Below are positions 41,101-64,000 of a stretch of 64,000 nucleotides of DNA, in pieces. The stretch comes from the human T2T-CHM13v2.0 reference genome, Homo sapiens: the NCBI RefSeq assembly GCF_009914755.1, contig NC_060947.1; one strand, written 5' to 3'. Position 1 is the first letter of the stretch, and every line of letters begins with the position of its first letter. The notes beneath the pieces are model-generated. The model saw nothing but the letters and a program-made list of their open reading frames with translations, made no database searches and was not told the DNA's origin. The position numbers and the translations under genes are program-made.

Positions 41101-41270
41101 ACTTCGTACTTTATGCTCAAGATTGCTATAGCGATTTGACATCTTTTGTGATACTGTAAGAATTTTAGAATTACTTTTTCTAAATTTGTGAAAAATGTAA
41201 TTGGTATTTTGATAATGATTAAATTGAATCTATAGATTGCTTTCAGTAGTATTGATATTTTAACAATATT
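41101..41270 (-). mobile_element. Old L1M ORF2 piece (continues at 60057)
   Basis: TTGAATCTATAGATTGCTTT...TTTAACAATATT is colinear with AACAATATTAATTC.TTCAATCCATGAAC at 60057. Confidence 0.75.
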
Positions 41271-47545
<6,275 letters not shown>

Positions 47546-47550
47546 AAATC

Positions 47551-47560
<10 letters not shown>

Positions 47561-47581
<21 letters not shown>

Positions 47582-47673
47582 ACAGAGTATTGCTCTGTCA
47601 CCCAGGCTGGAGTTCAGTGGCGCAATCTCGGCTCACCACAACCTCCACCTCCTGGGTTCAAGCAATTATCCTC
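47561..47673 (-). mobile_element. 5'-truncated Alu
   Basis: T20 tail plus about 90 bp of right arm. Confidence 0.88.
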
Positions 47674-50600
47674 TATTAATTCTTTTATTATTATTATTAT
47701 ACTTTAAGTTCCGGGGTATATTTGCAGAACGTGTAGGTTTGTTACATATGTATACACATGGCAAGGTGGTTTGCTGCACCTGTCAACCCATCATCTACAT
47801 CAGGTATTTCTCCTAATGCTATTCCTCACCTATCCCCCACCCCCTGAGAGGCCCCATTGTGTGATACCTCTCTCCCTGTGTGTGTGTGTTCTCATTGTTC
47901 AATTCCCACTTATGAGTGAGAACATGTTTCCTTTGGTTTTCTGTTCTTGTGTTAGTTTGCTGAGAATGATGGTTTTCAGCTTCATCCATGTCCCAGCAAA
48001 GGAGACGAACTCATTTTTTAATGGCTGCATAGTATTCCATTATGTATATATGTCACATTTTCTTTATCTAGTCTATCATTGATGGGCATTTGGGTTGGTT
48101 CCATGTCTTTGCTATTGTGAACAGTGCTGCAATAAACATACATGTGCATGTGTCTTTATAGTAGAATGATTTATAATCCTTTGGGTATATACCCAATAAT
48201 GGGATTGCTGTGTTAAACAGTATTTCTAGTTTTAGATCTTTGAGGAGTTGCCACACTGTCTCCCACAATGGTTAAACTAATTTACACTACCACCAACAGT
48301 GTAAAAGCTTTCCTATTTCTCCACATCCTCTCCAGCATCTGCTGTTTCCTGACTTTTTAATAATTGCCATTCTAACTGGTGTGAGATGATATCTCACTGT
48401 GGTTTTGATTTGCATTTCTCTAATGATCAGTGATGATGAGCTTTTATTTTCTTCATATGTTTCTTGGCTGGTAAATGTCGTCTTTTGAGAAACGTCTGTT
48501 CATATCCTTTGCCAACTTTTTGATGGGGTTGTTTGTTTTTTCTTGTAAATTTCTTTGAGTTCTTTGTAGATTCGTGGTATTAGCCCTTTGTCAGATGAAT
48601 AGATTGCAAAAATTTTCTCCCATTCTGTAGGTTGCCTGTTCACTCTGATGATAGTTTCTTTTGCTGTGCAAAAGCTCTTTAGTTTAATTAGATCCCATTT
48701 GTCAATTTTGGCTTTTGTTGTCATTGCTTTTGATGTCTCAGTCATGAAGTCTTTGCCCATGCCTATGTCCTGAATGGTATTGCCTAGTTTTTCTTCTATG
48801 TTTTTTTATGGTTTTAGGTCTTAATTCATCTTGAGTTAATTTTTGTATTAGGTGTAAGAAAGTGATCCAGTTTTAGTTTTCTGCATATGGGTAGCCAGTT
48901 TCCAAACACCATTTATTAAATAGGAAATTATTTCCACATTGCTTGTTTTTGTCAGGTTTGTCAAAGACCAGAGGATTGTATATGTGTGGTGTTATTTCTG
49001 AGGCCTCTGTTCTGTTACATTGGTCAATATATCTGTTTTGTACCAGTACCATGCTGTTTTGATTATTTTAGCCTTGTAGTATAATTTGAAGTCAGATGGT
49101 GTGATGCCTCCAGCTTTGCTTTTTTGCTTAGGATTCTGTTGGCTGTGTGGGCTCTTTTTTGGATCCATATGAAATTTAGAGTAGTTTTTTAAAATTCTGT
49201 GAAGAAAGTCAGTTGGAGCTTGATGGTGATAGCATTGAATCTATAAATTACTTTGGGCAGTATGGCCATTTTCATGATATTGATTCCTTCTATCCATGAG
49301 CATGGAATATTTTTCATTTGTTTTTGTCCTCTCTTATTTCCTTGAGAACTGGTTTGTAGTTCTTGAAAAGGTCCTTCACATCCTTTTTAAGTTGTATTCC
49401 TAGGTATTTTATTCTCTTTGTAGCAATTGTGAATGAGAGTTCACTCATGATTTGGCTGTCTGTTTGTCTGTTATTTGTGTATAGAAATGCTTGTGATTTT
49501 TGCACATGGATTTTTTGTCCTGAGACTTTACTGAAGTTGCTTATCAGCTTAAGGAGATTTTGGTCTGAGATGATGGGGTTTTCTAAATATACAATCATGT
49601 CATCTGCAAACAAAGATAATTTGACTTTCTCTTTTTCTAGTTGAATACCCTTTATTTATTTCTCTTGCCTCATTGTCCTGGCCCGAACTTCCAGTACTAT
49701 GTTGAATAGATGTAGTGGGAGAGGGCATCCTTGTCTTGTGCCCATTCAGTAAGATATTGGCTGTGGGTTTGTCATAAATAGCTTTAATATTTTGAGATAT
49801 GTTCCATCAATACCTAATTTATTAAGAGTTTTATTGCGAAGGGATATTGAATTTTGTCAAAGACTTTTTCTGCATCTATTGAGATAATCATGTGGTTTTT
49901 GTCATTGGTTCTGTTTATGTGATGGATTACATTTATTGATTTGCATATGTTGAACCAGCATTGCATCCCATGGATGAAGCAAACTTGACCATGGTGGATA
50001 AGCTTTTTGATGTGCTGCTGGGTTCGTTTTGCCAGTATTTTATTGAGGATTTTCACATTGATATTCATCAGGGATATTGGCCAGAAATTTTCTTTTTATG
50101 TTGTGTCTCTGCCAGGTTTGGTATCAGGATGATGCTGGCCTCATAAAATGAGTTACGGAGGAGTCCTTCTTTTTCTATTTTTTGGAATAGTTTAAGAAGG
50201 AATGGTACCAGTTCTTCTTTGTACCTCTGGTAGAATTTGGCTTTAAATCCATCTGATCCTGGACTTTTTTTCATTGGTATGCTATTAATTACTGCCTCAA
50301 TTTTATAAATTTTTTTGGTCTATTCAGGAATTCAATTTCTTCCTGGTTTACTCTTGGGAGGGTGTATGTGTCCAGGAATGTAACCATTTCTTCCAGATTT
50401 TCTAGTTTATTTGCACTGAGGTGTTTATAGTATTCTCTGATGGTAGTTTGTATTTCTCTGGGATCAGTGGTGATACCCCTTTTATCATTTTTTTATTGCA
50501 TCCATTTGATTCTTCTCTCTTTTCTTCTTTATTAGCCTGCCTAGCTGTCTATCTATTTTGTTAATCTTTTCAAAAAACAGATCCTGGATTCATTGATCTT

Positions 50601-53301
50601 TTAAAGGTTATTTCCTGTCTTCATCTCCTTCAGTTCTGCTCTGATCTTAGTTATTTTTTTATATTCTGTTAGCTTTTGAATTTGTTTTCTCTTGCTTCTA
50701 TAGTTCTTTTAAATGTGATGTTAGGGTATCAACTTTAGATCTTTCCTGCTTTCTCCTGTGGGCATTTAGTGCTATAAATTCCACTCTAAATCTGCTTTAA
50801 ATGTATCCCAGAGTTTCTGGGATGTTGTATCTTTGTTCTCATTGCTTTCAAAGAACATCCTTATTTCTGCCTTAATTTCGTTATTTACCTAGTAGCCGCT
50901 CAGGAACAGGTTGTTCAGTTTCTATGTAGTGCGATTTTGATATGTAGTGAGATTTTGAGTGAGTTTCTTAGTTCTGAGTTTTAATTTGATTGCACTGTGG
51001 TCTGAGAGACTGTTTGTTATGATTTCCGTTCTTTTGCATTTTCTGAGGAGTTTTTACTTCCAGTTATGTGGCCAATTTTAGAATAAGTGCGATGTTGTGT
51101 TGAGAAGAATGTATATTCTGTTAATTTGTGGTGGAGGATTCCGTAGATGTCTGTCAGGCCTGCTTGGTCCAGAGCTGAGTTCAAGGCCTTAATATCCTTG
51201 TTAATTTTCTGTCTCATTCATCTGTTTAATATTGACAGTGGGAAGTTAATTTCTCCCACTATTATTATGTGGGAGTCTGAGTCTCTTTATAGGTCTCTAA
51301 GAACTTTCTTTATGAATCTGGGTGCTCCTGTATTGGGTGCATATCTATTTATGATGGTTTGCTCTTCTTGTTGAAATGATCACTTTACCTTTATGTAATG
51401 CCCTTCTTTGTCTCTTTTGATCTTTGTTGGTTTAAACTCTGTTTTCTCAGAGACTAGGATTGCAAACCCTGCTTTCTTCTGCTTTCCATTTTCTTGGCAA
51501 ATATTTTTCCATCCCTTTATTTTGATTGGGGGCATTTAGCCCGTTTATATTTAAGGTTAATATTGTTATTGTGAATTTGATCCTGTCAGTATGATGCTAG
51601 CTGGTTATTCGGCCCATTAGTTGATGCAGTTTCTTCATAGTGTCGATGGTCTTTACAATTTGTTATATTTTTGCAGTGGCTGGTTCCAGTTGTTTCTTTC
51701 CATGTTTAGTGCTTCCTTCAGAAGCTCTTGTAAGTCAGGCCTGGTGGTGACAAAATCTCTCAGCGTTTGTTTTTCTGTAAAGGATTTTATTTTTCCATCA
51801 CTTATGAAGCTTACTTTGGCTGGATATGAAATTCTGGGTTGAAAATTATTTTCTTTAACAATGTTGAATATTGGCCCCCACTGTATTCTTGCTTGTAGGG
51901 TTTCTGCTGATAGATCTGCTGTTAGTCTGATGGGCTTCCCTTTGTGGGTAACCCAACCTTTCTCTCTGGCTGCCCTTAACATTTTTTCCTCATTTCAACC
52001 TTGGTGAATTTGACAATGATGTGTCTTGGTGTTGCTCTTCTCGAGGAATATCTATGTGGTGTTCTCTGTATTTCCTGAATTTGAATCTTGGCCTGTCTTG
52101 CTAGATTGGGGAAGTTCTCCTGGATAATATCCTGAAGAGTGTTTTCCACCTTGGTTTCATTCTCCCCATCACTTTCAGGTACACCAATCAAATGTAGATT
52201 TGGTCTTTTCACATAGTCCCATATTTCTTGAAGGCTTTGTTTGTTTCTTTTCACTCTATTTTCTCTAATCTTGTCTTCTTACTTTATTTCATTAAGTTGA
52301 TCTTCAATCTCTGATATTCTTTCTTCCACTTGATCGATTCGGCTATTGATACTTGTGCATGCTTCCCAAAGTTTGTTCTTCTCTAAACTGGTTATTCTAG
52401 TTAGCAATTTATCTAACCTGTTTTCAAGGTTCTTAGCTTCCTTGCATTGGGTTAGAACATGCTCTTTTAGCTCAGAGGGGTTTCTTATTACCACCTTCTG
52501 AAGCTTACTTCTGTCAGATCATCAAACTCATTCTCCATCCAGTTTTGTTTCCTCGCTGGTGAGGAGTTGTGATTCTTTGAAGGGGAAGAAACGTTCTGGT
52601 TTTTGGAGTTTTCAGCCTTTTTGAACTGGTTTCTCCCCATCTTCATGGATTCATTTACCTTTGGTCTCTGATGTTGGTGACCTTCAAATGACGTCTCTGA
52701 GTGGACCTCCTTTTTGTTGATGCTGATGCTATTTCTTTCTGTTTGTTAATTTTCCTTCTTACAGTCAAGGCCCTCTGCTGCAGGTCTGCTGGAGTTCGCT
52801 GGAGGTCCACTTCAGACCCTGTATCCCTGGGTATCACCAGCAGAGGCTTCAGAACAGCAAAGATTTCGGCCTATTCCTTCCTCTGGAAGCCCTGTCCCAG
52901 AGAGGCATCTGCCAGATGCCAGCCAGAGCTCTAGTATATGAGATGTCTGTTGGCGTCTACTGGAAGGTATCTCTCAGTCAGGATACACAGGGGTCAGTGA
53001 CCCTCTTGGGGAGGCTGTCTGACCCTTATCAGACATCGAATGCTGTGCTGGGAGATCCGCTGCTGTCTTCAGAGCCATCAGTCAGGGACAGTTAAGTCTG
53101 CTGAAGCTGTACCCACAGCCACCTCTTCTCCCAAGTGCTCTGTCCCAGGGAGAGGGGGGGTTTATCTATAAGTCCTTGATGGGCTGTTACCTTTTTTTCA
53201 GAGATGCCCTGCCCAGAGAGGAGGAATCTAGAGAGGCAGTCTGGCCGCAGGGGAGTTGATGAGCTGTGATGGGCTCCACGCAGTTCAAAATTCCTCGTGG
53301 C

Positions 53302-54207
53302 GGGGGAGGAGCCAAGATGGCCGAATAGGAACAGCTCCGGTCTACAGCTCCCAGTGTGAGCGATGCAGAAGACAGGTGATTTCTGCATTTCCATCTGAGG
53401 TACTGGGTTCATCTCACTAGGGAGTGCCAGACAGTGGGCGCAGGTCAGTGGGTGCGCACACCATATGCTAGCTGAAGCAGGGTGAGGCATTGCCTCACTT
53501 GGGAAGTGCCAGGGGTCAGGGAGTTCCCTTTCGGAGTCAAAGAAAGGGGTGACATACGCACCTGGAAGATAGGGTCACTCCCACCCGAATATTGCGCTTT
53601 TTGGACCGGCTTAAAAAACGGCGCACCAGGAGATTATATCCCGCACCTGGCTCGGAGGGTCCTACGACCATGGAGTCTCGCTGATTGCTAGCACAGCAAT
53701 CTGAGATCAAACTGCAAGGCGGCAGCGAGGCTGGGGGAGGGGGGCCCGCCATTGCCCAGGCTTGCTTAGGTAAACAAAGCAGCCAGGAAGCTTGAACTGG
53801 GTGGAGCCCACCACAGCTCAAGGAGGCCTGCCTGCCTCTGTAGGCTCCACTTGTGGGGGCAGGGCACAGAAAAACAAAAAGACAGCAGTAACCTCTGCAG
53901 ACTTAAATGTCCCTGTCTGACAGCTTTGAAGAGAGCAGTGGTTCTCCCAGCACACAGCTGGAGATCTGAGAACGGGCAGACTGCCTCCTCAAGTGGGCCC
54001 CTGACACCTGACCCCCGAGCAGCCTAACTGGGAGGCACCCCCCAGCAGGGGCACACTGACACCTCACACGGCAGGGTATTCCAACAGACCTGCAGCTGAG
54101 GGTCCTGTCTGTTAGAAGGAAAACTAACAAACAGAAAGGACATCCACACCAAAAACCCATCTGTACATCACCATCATCAAAGACCAAAAGTAGATAAAAC
54201 CACAAAG
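53302..54207 (+). promoter_or_regulatory. L1 5' UTR internal sense/antisense promoter with YY1 site
   Basis: CAAGATGGCCG YY1 motif at ~53313-53323; partly retained CpGs; ~906-nt UTR before the ORF1 ATG. Confidence 0.8.
53537..53752 (-). CDS. ORF0: L1 ORF0 (antisense 71-aa ORF), intact
   Basis: MAGPPPPASLPPCSLISDCCASNQRDS...RNIRVGVTLSSRCVCHPFL*, 216 nt, matches recalled primate L1 ORF0. Confidence 0.75.
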   Translation of the reverse strand: MAGPPPPASLPPCSLISDCCASNQRDSMVVGPSEPGAGYNLLVRRFLSRSKKRNIRVGVTLSSRCVCHPFL

Positions 54208-55224
54208 ATGGGGAAAAAACAGAACAGAAAAACTGGAAACTCTAAAATGCAGAGTGCCTCTCCTCCTCCAAAGGAACGCAGTTCCTCACCAGCAACGGAA
54301 CAAAGCTGGATGGAGAATGACTTTGACAAGCTGAGAGAAGAAGGCTTCAGACGATCAAATTACTCTGAGCTACGGGAGGAAATTCAAACCAAAGGCAAAG
54401 AAGTTGAAAACTTTGAAAAAAATTTAGAAGAATGTATAACTAGAATAACCAATACAGAGAAGTGCTTAAAGGAGCTGATGGAGCTGAAAACCAAGGCTCG
54501 AGAACTACATGAAGAATGCAGAAGCCTCAGGAGCTGATGCGATCAACTGGAAGAAAGGGTATCAGTGATGGAAGATGAAATGAATGAAATGAAGCGAGAA
54601 GTGAAGTTTAGAGAAAAAAGAATGAAAGGAAATGAGCAAAGCCTCCAAGAAATATAGGACTATGTGAAAAGACCAAATCTACGTCTGATTGGTGTACCTG
54701 AAAGTGATGGGGAGAATGGAACCAAGTTGGAAAACACTCTGCAGGATATTATCCAGGAGAACTTCCCCAATCTAGCAAGGCAGGCCAACGTTCAGATTCA
54801 GGAAATACAGAGAATGACACAAAGATACCCCTCGAGACGAGCAACTCCAAGACATATAATTGTCAGATTCACCAAAGTTGGAATGAAGGAAAAAATGTTA
54901 AGGGCAGCCAGAGAGAAAGGTCGGGTTACCCTCAAAGGGAAGCCCATCAGACTAACAGTGGATCTCTCGGCAGAAACCCTACAAGCCAGAGGAGAGTGGG
55001 GGCCAATATTCAACATTCTTAAAGAAAAGAATTTTCAACCCAGAATTTCATATCCAGCCAAACTAAGCTTCAAAAGTGAAGGAGAAATAAAATACTTTAC
55101 AGACAAGCAAATGCTGAGAGATTTTGTCACCACCAGGCCTGCCCTAAAAGAGCTCCTGAAGGAAGTGCTAAACGTGGAAAGGAACAACCAATACCAGCCA
55201 CTGCAAAATCATGCCAAAATGTAA
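54208..55224 (+). pseudogene. ORF1: L1 ORF1p, disrupted by nonsense mutations
   Basis: MGKKQNRKTGNSK...QNHAKM; in-frame TGA at 54535-54537 and TAG at ~54655. Confidence 0.92.
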
Positions 55225-55287
55225 AGACCATCGAGACTAGGAAGAAACTGCATCAACTAACGAGCAAAATCACCAGCTAACATCAAA

Positions 55288-59111
<3,824 letters not shown>

Positions 59112-60056
59112 ACAATGAGATCACATGGACACAGGAAGGGGAATATCACACTCTGGAGACTGTGGTGGGGTGGGGTGAGGGGGGAGGGATAGCATTGGGA
59201 GATATACCTAATGCTAGATGACGAGTTAGTGGGTGCAGCGCACCAGCATGGCACATATATACGTATGTAACTAACCTGCACAATGTGCACATGTACCCTA
59301 AAACTTAAAATATAATAAAAAAAAATTGAAATAGCTGACCAAAAAAAAAAAAAAAAACAAATTCCTGGTGGCTTCATTTACACTGTGAGGGTAACATGCC
59401 ATACTCAAGCCTCAGCAGTGGTGGACACCCCTCCCCCGCCAAGCTGGAGCATCCCAAGTCGACCTCAGACTGCTGTTCTGGCTGCAAGAATTTCAAGCCA
59501 GTGGATCTTAGCTTCCTGGGCTCCATGGGGTTGGGATCCACAGAGCCAGACCACTTGGTACCCTGGCTTAAACCCCCTTTCCAGAAGAGTGAACGCCTCT
59601 GTCTGACTGATGTTTCTGGTGCCACTGGGAGATATATATATATATACTCTTGCAGCTAGCTCAGTGTCCTCCCAAATGGCTGCCCAGTTTTGTTCTTGAA
59701 ACCCCAGGCCTTGGTGGCATAGGCACCGGAGGGGATCCCCTGGTCTGTGGGTTGCAAAGACCATGAGTAAAGCACAGTATCTGGGCTGGAGTCTACTGTT
59801 CTTCATGGCACAGTCCCTCATGGCTTCCCTTGGCTAGGGGAGGAAAATTTCCCAACCCCTGGCACTTCCCTGGTAAGGTGAAATGCCAACCTGCTTCAAC
59901 TCACCCTCTGTGGGCTGCACCCACTATCCAACAAGTCCCAATGAGATGAACTGTGTACTTCAGTTGGAAATGCAGAAATCACCCACCTTCTGTATCTATC
60001 TCGCTGGGAGCTGCAGACCGGAGCTGTTCCTATTTGGCCATCTTGCCAGCAAATTC

Positions 60057-63000
60057 AACAATATTAATTCGTTCAATCCATGAACATAGATGTCTTTTCA
60101 TTTCTTTGTATCGTCTTCAATTTCTTTCATCTATGTTGTATACTTTTCAGTGTAGAGATCTTTTACCTCCTTGGTTGAACTTATTCCTGAACAGTTTATG
60201 TTTTGTAGAGATTGTAAATGGGATTGTTCTCTTATTTTCCTTTTGAATTACTTTGTTGTTAATATATAGACATGCTACTGAATTTTCTATGTTGATTTAC
60301 TGAACTCATTTACTTTATTGAATTTGTTTTTTACTTCTAGTTCTAACAGTATTTTGGTGGAGTCTTTAAGTTTTCTGTGTATAAGATTATGTGATCTTCA
60401 AACAGAAATGATTTTACTTATTTATTTTTAATTTGGAATCCTTTTATTTTTTATAAGCTTTCAACTTTTCCTAATTTAGTATGATGTCTGCTGTGGATTT
60501 GTTAGAAATGGTCTTTAATGTGTTGAAATACATTTTTTATTTCTAGTTTGTTGAATGTTTTCACCATGATGGAATGTTGAATTTTGTTGAACAATTTTTG
60601 TATATCTATTGAGATGATCAAATGGCTTTTGTCCCTCATTCTGTTGGTGTAATGTGTCATATTGATTGGTTTGTATATGCTCAACCTTCCTTGCATCCCT
60701 GAGATAAGCCACACTTGATTATAGTAAATGATTTATTTTATGTGCTGTTGAATTTGATTTGCTAGTATTTGGTTGAGAATTTTTGAGTCTATGTTCATCA
60801 GGAATATTGGCCTATAGTTTTCTTTTTTTGTTGTCTTCTCATCTGGCTTTGGTATGACGGTGAATTGGCCTCATAGAATGAGTTTGAATGTATCCTTTTC
60901 TATTTAATTTTTTTGAACAGTTTGAGGTTTGAGTAATACTAGTATTCTTTAAATGTTTGGTGGAACTCAGCTTTGAGCTAGAGGCCCTGAGCTATTCTTT
61001 AACAAAAATTTTTTATTATAACTTCAATCTAATTATTCATTATTGCTTCATTGAGGTTTTCTATTTCTTCTTGGTTCGATCTTAATAGGTTGTATGTGTC
61101 CAGGAATTTACCCATTTCTTCTAGGTTTTCCAATTTGTTGGAGTGTAGGTTGTCCATAATAGTCTCTAATAATTCTTTCTTTTTCTGAAGTCTCAGTTCT
61201 TATGTCTCCTTTTTTTGTTTCTGATTTTATTTATTTGAATTCTCTCTTTTTTTTCTTAGTCTAGCTGGAGCTCTGTTAATTTATTTATCAAAAAAACAAC
61301 TTTTTGTGTAGCTGATCATCTGTATTTTTTTACTTTTAATTTTATTTATTACTGCTCTGATTCTTGTTACTTTGTTTCTACTAATTTTGGGTTTGTTTGC
61401 TCTTTCATTTCTAATTCCTTGAGGTGCATCTTTAAGTTGTTGATTTAAACTCTTCATACTTTTTTGATGTAAGCATTTATTGGTATAAACATCCTTATTA
61501 GTACTGCTTTTGCTGCATCTTATAGATTTTGGTATGTGGTATTCCATTTTCATTTGTTTCAAGAAATATTTAGGCCGGGCGCGGTGGCTCACGCCTGTAA
61601 TCCCAGCACTTTGGGAGGCCGAGGCGGGCGGATCACGAGGTCAGGAGATCGAGACCATCCTGGCTAACACGGTGAAACCCCGTCTCTACTAAAAATACAA
61701 AAAATTAGCCGGGCGAGGTGGCGGGCGCCTGTAGTCCCAGCTACTCCGGAGGCTGAGGCAGGAGAATGGCATGAACCCCAGGGGGCGGAGCCTGCAGTGA
61801 GCCGAGATTGCGCCACTGCACTCCAGCCTGGGCAACAGCGAGACTCCGTCTCAAAAAAAAAAAAAAAAAAAGAAATATTTAAACTTTATTCTTAATGTCT
61901 TCATTGGCTCATTGGTCAATCAGGAGCACGGTGTTTAATTTCCACGTGTCTGTGTAATTTCCTAGATTCCCCTTATTATTGATTTCTAGTTTTTTATTCC
62001 ATTGTGACTAGAGGAGATTCTTGATGTAACTTATATTATTTTTAAGTTTTAAAAACTTGTTTTGTGGCCTAAGATATGATTTATTCTGGAAAATATTCCA
62101 TGTGCTGATGAAAAGAATTTTTATTCTCCAGCAATTGGGTGATATTATGTGTAAATATCTGTTAGGCCTATTAGATCTCACGTGTAGTGTAACCCCCTGT
62201 TGCTTTTTTGATTTTCTGTCAAGGTGATCTGTCCATTACCAAGAGTGGGTTATTAAAGTCCTCTACTATTATTATAATGCAGTCTATCTCTCCCTTCAGA
62301 TATATTAATGTTTGCTTTAGAGTGTTGTAAGCTCTGGTGTTGGATGCATAGATATTCATAAGTGGTATACCCTCCTTCTGAGTTGACTCTTTTATTATTA
62401 TATAGTGACCTTACTTTAAAAAAGTCTTTGATTTACAGTCTATTGTATTAATATCAATATAAGCATGGCTACTCTTGATGTTTTTTGGTTTTCATTTCAA
62501 TGGAATACCTTTTTCCATGCCTTTACTTCGGTCTGTGTGTGTCTTTGTAGGGTAAAGTGGGTTCCTTAAAGCAGCATATAATTGTGCCTTGTGTATTTTT
62601 CTATTCAGCCACTTTATGTCTTTTAATTGAAGACGAGTCCATTTACATTCAGTGTTATTATTAATAAGTAAGGACTTACTACTGTCATTTTGTTGCTTGT
62701 TTTCTGGTTGTTTTGAGACCCCTCTTTTCCTTTCTTCTTGTCTTACTCTCTTTCTTTGTGGATAAGTGATTATCACTGGAATTATGTTTTAATTTGTTGC
62801 TTTTTTTTAGTGAATCTAAAAATCGGTTTTTGTGCTGTGGTTATTATTAGACTTAGAAAAATATTTTATAGATGTAACAAGCAATTTTAAAGAGAAAATG
62901 ACTTACCTCAAATCACAAATGAAAGAAAAGAAAGAAACAAAGGGAGAATAACACAAAAAATCTACTCTTTTACTCCATCATCTCTCTTATTTTGACTTTT

Positions 63001-63379
63001 ACTTGCCTCAATTTACATATTTTTATATTGACTATCTATCTATTAAAAAGTTGTTGTAGCTATTATTGTTTTTGCTAAATTTTTATTTTGGGCTCTGTAC
63101 TAGAGTTATGAGTGGATTGCACACTGAAAATACAGCAATATTCTGGGTTCATGTATGTACTTTACTATCAGTGGGTTTTATGCCTTGAAAAGTTTTATTT
63201 TGCACATTAGTGCATTAGTGTTGTTTTCTTTCAGACTGAAGTACACCCTTTAGCATTCCTTATAATGCAGGTGTGGCAGTGGTGAATTCTATCAGCTTTC
63301 ATTTTTCTCTAAAATAATTTATCTTTCCTTCAAATTTGAATGAAAATTTTGTTGGATACAATATTCTTGGGTGAGAGGC
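60057..63379 (-). mobile_element. Old L1M (ORF2 5' part, inter-ORF region, ORF1 end)
   Basis: RT fragment 60502..60714 and EN remnants ~61900-62700; continuation of 41101-41270. Confidence 0.8.
61573..61869 (+). mobile_element. Young AluY (Ye-like)
   Basis: CpG-rich, with GGCGAGGTGG and GAACCCCAGGGGGCGGAGCCTGC variants and a pure A tail. Perfect 12-bp TSD AAGAAATATTTA at 61561-61572 and 61870-61881. Confidence 0.95.
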
Positions 63380-63567
63380 TTTTTTTTAAAAAAATTATGC
63401 TTTAGGTTTTGGGATACATGTGCAGAATGTGCAGGTTAGTTACATAGGTATACACCCGCCATGGTGGTTTCCTGCACCCATCAACCTATTATCTACATTA
63501 GGTATTTATCCTAATGCTATCCTTCCCCTAGCCCCTGACCCCCGACAGGTGTGTGATGCTCCCTTCC
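63380..63567 (-). mobile_element. Very short 5'-truncated L1PA7-like 3' end
   Basis: GGGATACATGTGCAGAA...CCCCTAGCCCC 3' UTR motif. Confidence 0.8.
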
Positions 63568-63574
63568 AACAGGG

Positions 63575-64000
63575 TTTTTTTTTTTCTTCTTTTTTTTTTT
63601 TATTATACTTTAAGTTTTAGGGTACATGTGCACATTGTGCAGGTTAGTTACATATGTATACATGTGCCATGCTGGTGCGCTGCACCCACTAACTCGTCAT
63701 CTAGCATTAGGTATATCTCCCAATGCTATCCCTCCCCGCTCCCCCCACCCCACCACAGTCCCCAGAGTGTGATATTCCCCTTCATGTGTCCATGTGATCT
63801 CATTGTTCAATTCCCACCTATGAGTGAGAATATGCGGTGTTTGGTTTTTTGTTCTTGCGATAGTTTACTGAGAATGATGATTTCCAATTTCATCCATGTC
63901 CCTACAAAGGACATGAACTCATCATTTTTTATGTCTGCATAGTATTCCATGGTGTATATGTGCCACATTTTCTTAGTCCAGTCTATCATTGTTGGACATT
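63575..64000 (-). mobile_element. 3' end of L1PA2-like LINE-1 (runs off window)
   Basis: T-tail, GATATTCCCC/GTGATCTC diagnostics, and ORF 63807..63989 matching the ORF2 C-terminus. Confidence 0.93.

Overview
This is primate genomic DNA, most likely human because it carries an SVA_F-type element. I can support no host protein-coding gene. Nearly all of it is nested retroelements: L1s of many ages (L1M/L1MA, L1PB, L1PA8/7/6/3/2), a full-length SVA with TSDs, about a dozen Alus or Alu fragments, a U6 retrocopy, and the 3' half of an MMADHC processed pseudogene. There are two ERV1 remnants. One is MER34-like (LTR, tRNA-Ser PBS, gag traces). The other is a MER50/HERV-FRD provirus (partial pol, defective syncytin-2-like env, 3' LTR). 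Most interesting are: (1) the env paralog reads through the position where syncytin-2 stops and is preceded by a 52-aa hydrophobic micro-ORF; (2) a 161-bp inverted templated self-copy in an L1PA6, plus other snap-back repair scars; (3) an ~18.8-kb insertion stack at one site; (4) an intact L1 ORF0. Subfamily names and protein similarities come from recalled consensus sequences, not database searches. I found no convincing new biological system; the pre-env micro-ORF is the best lead and is speculative.
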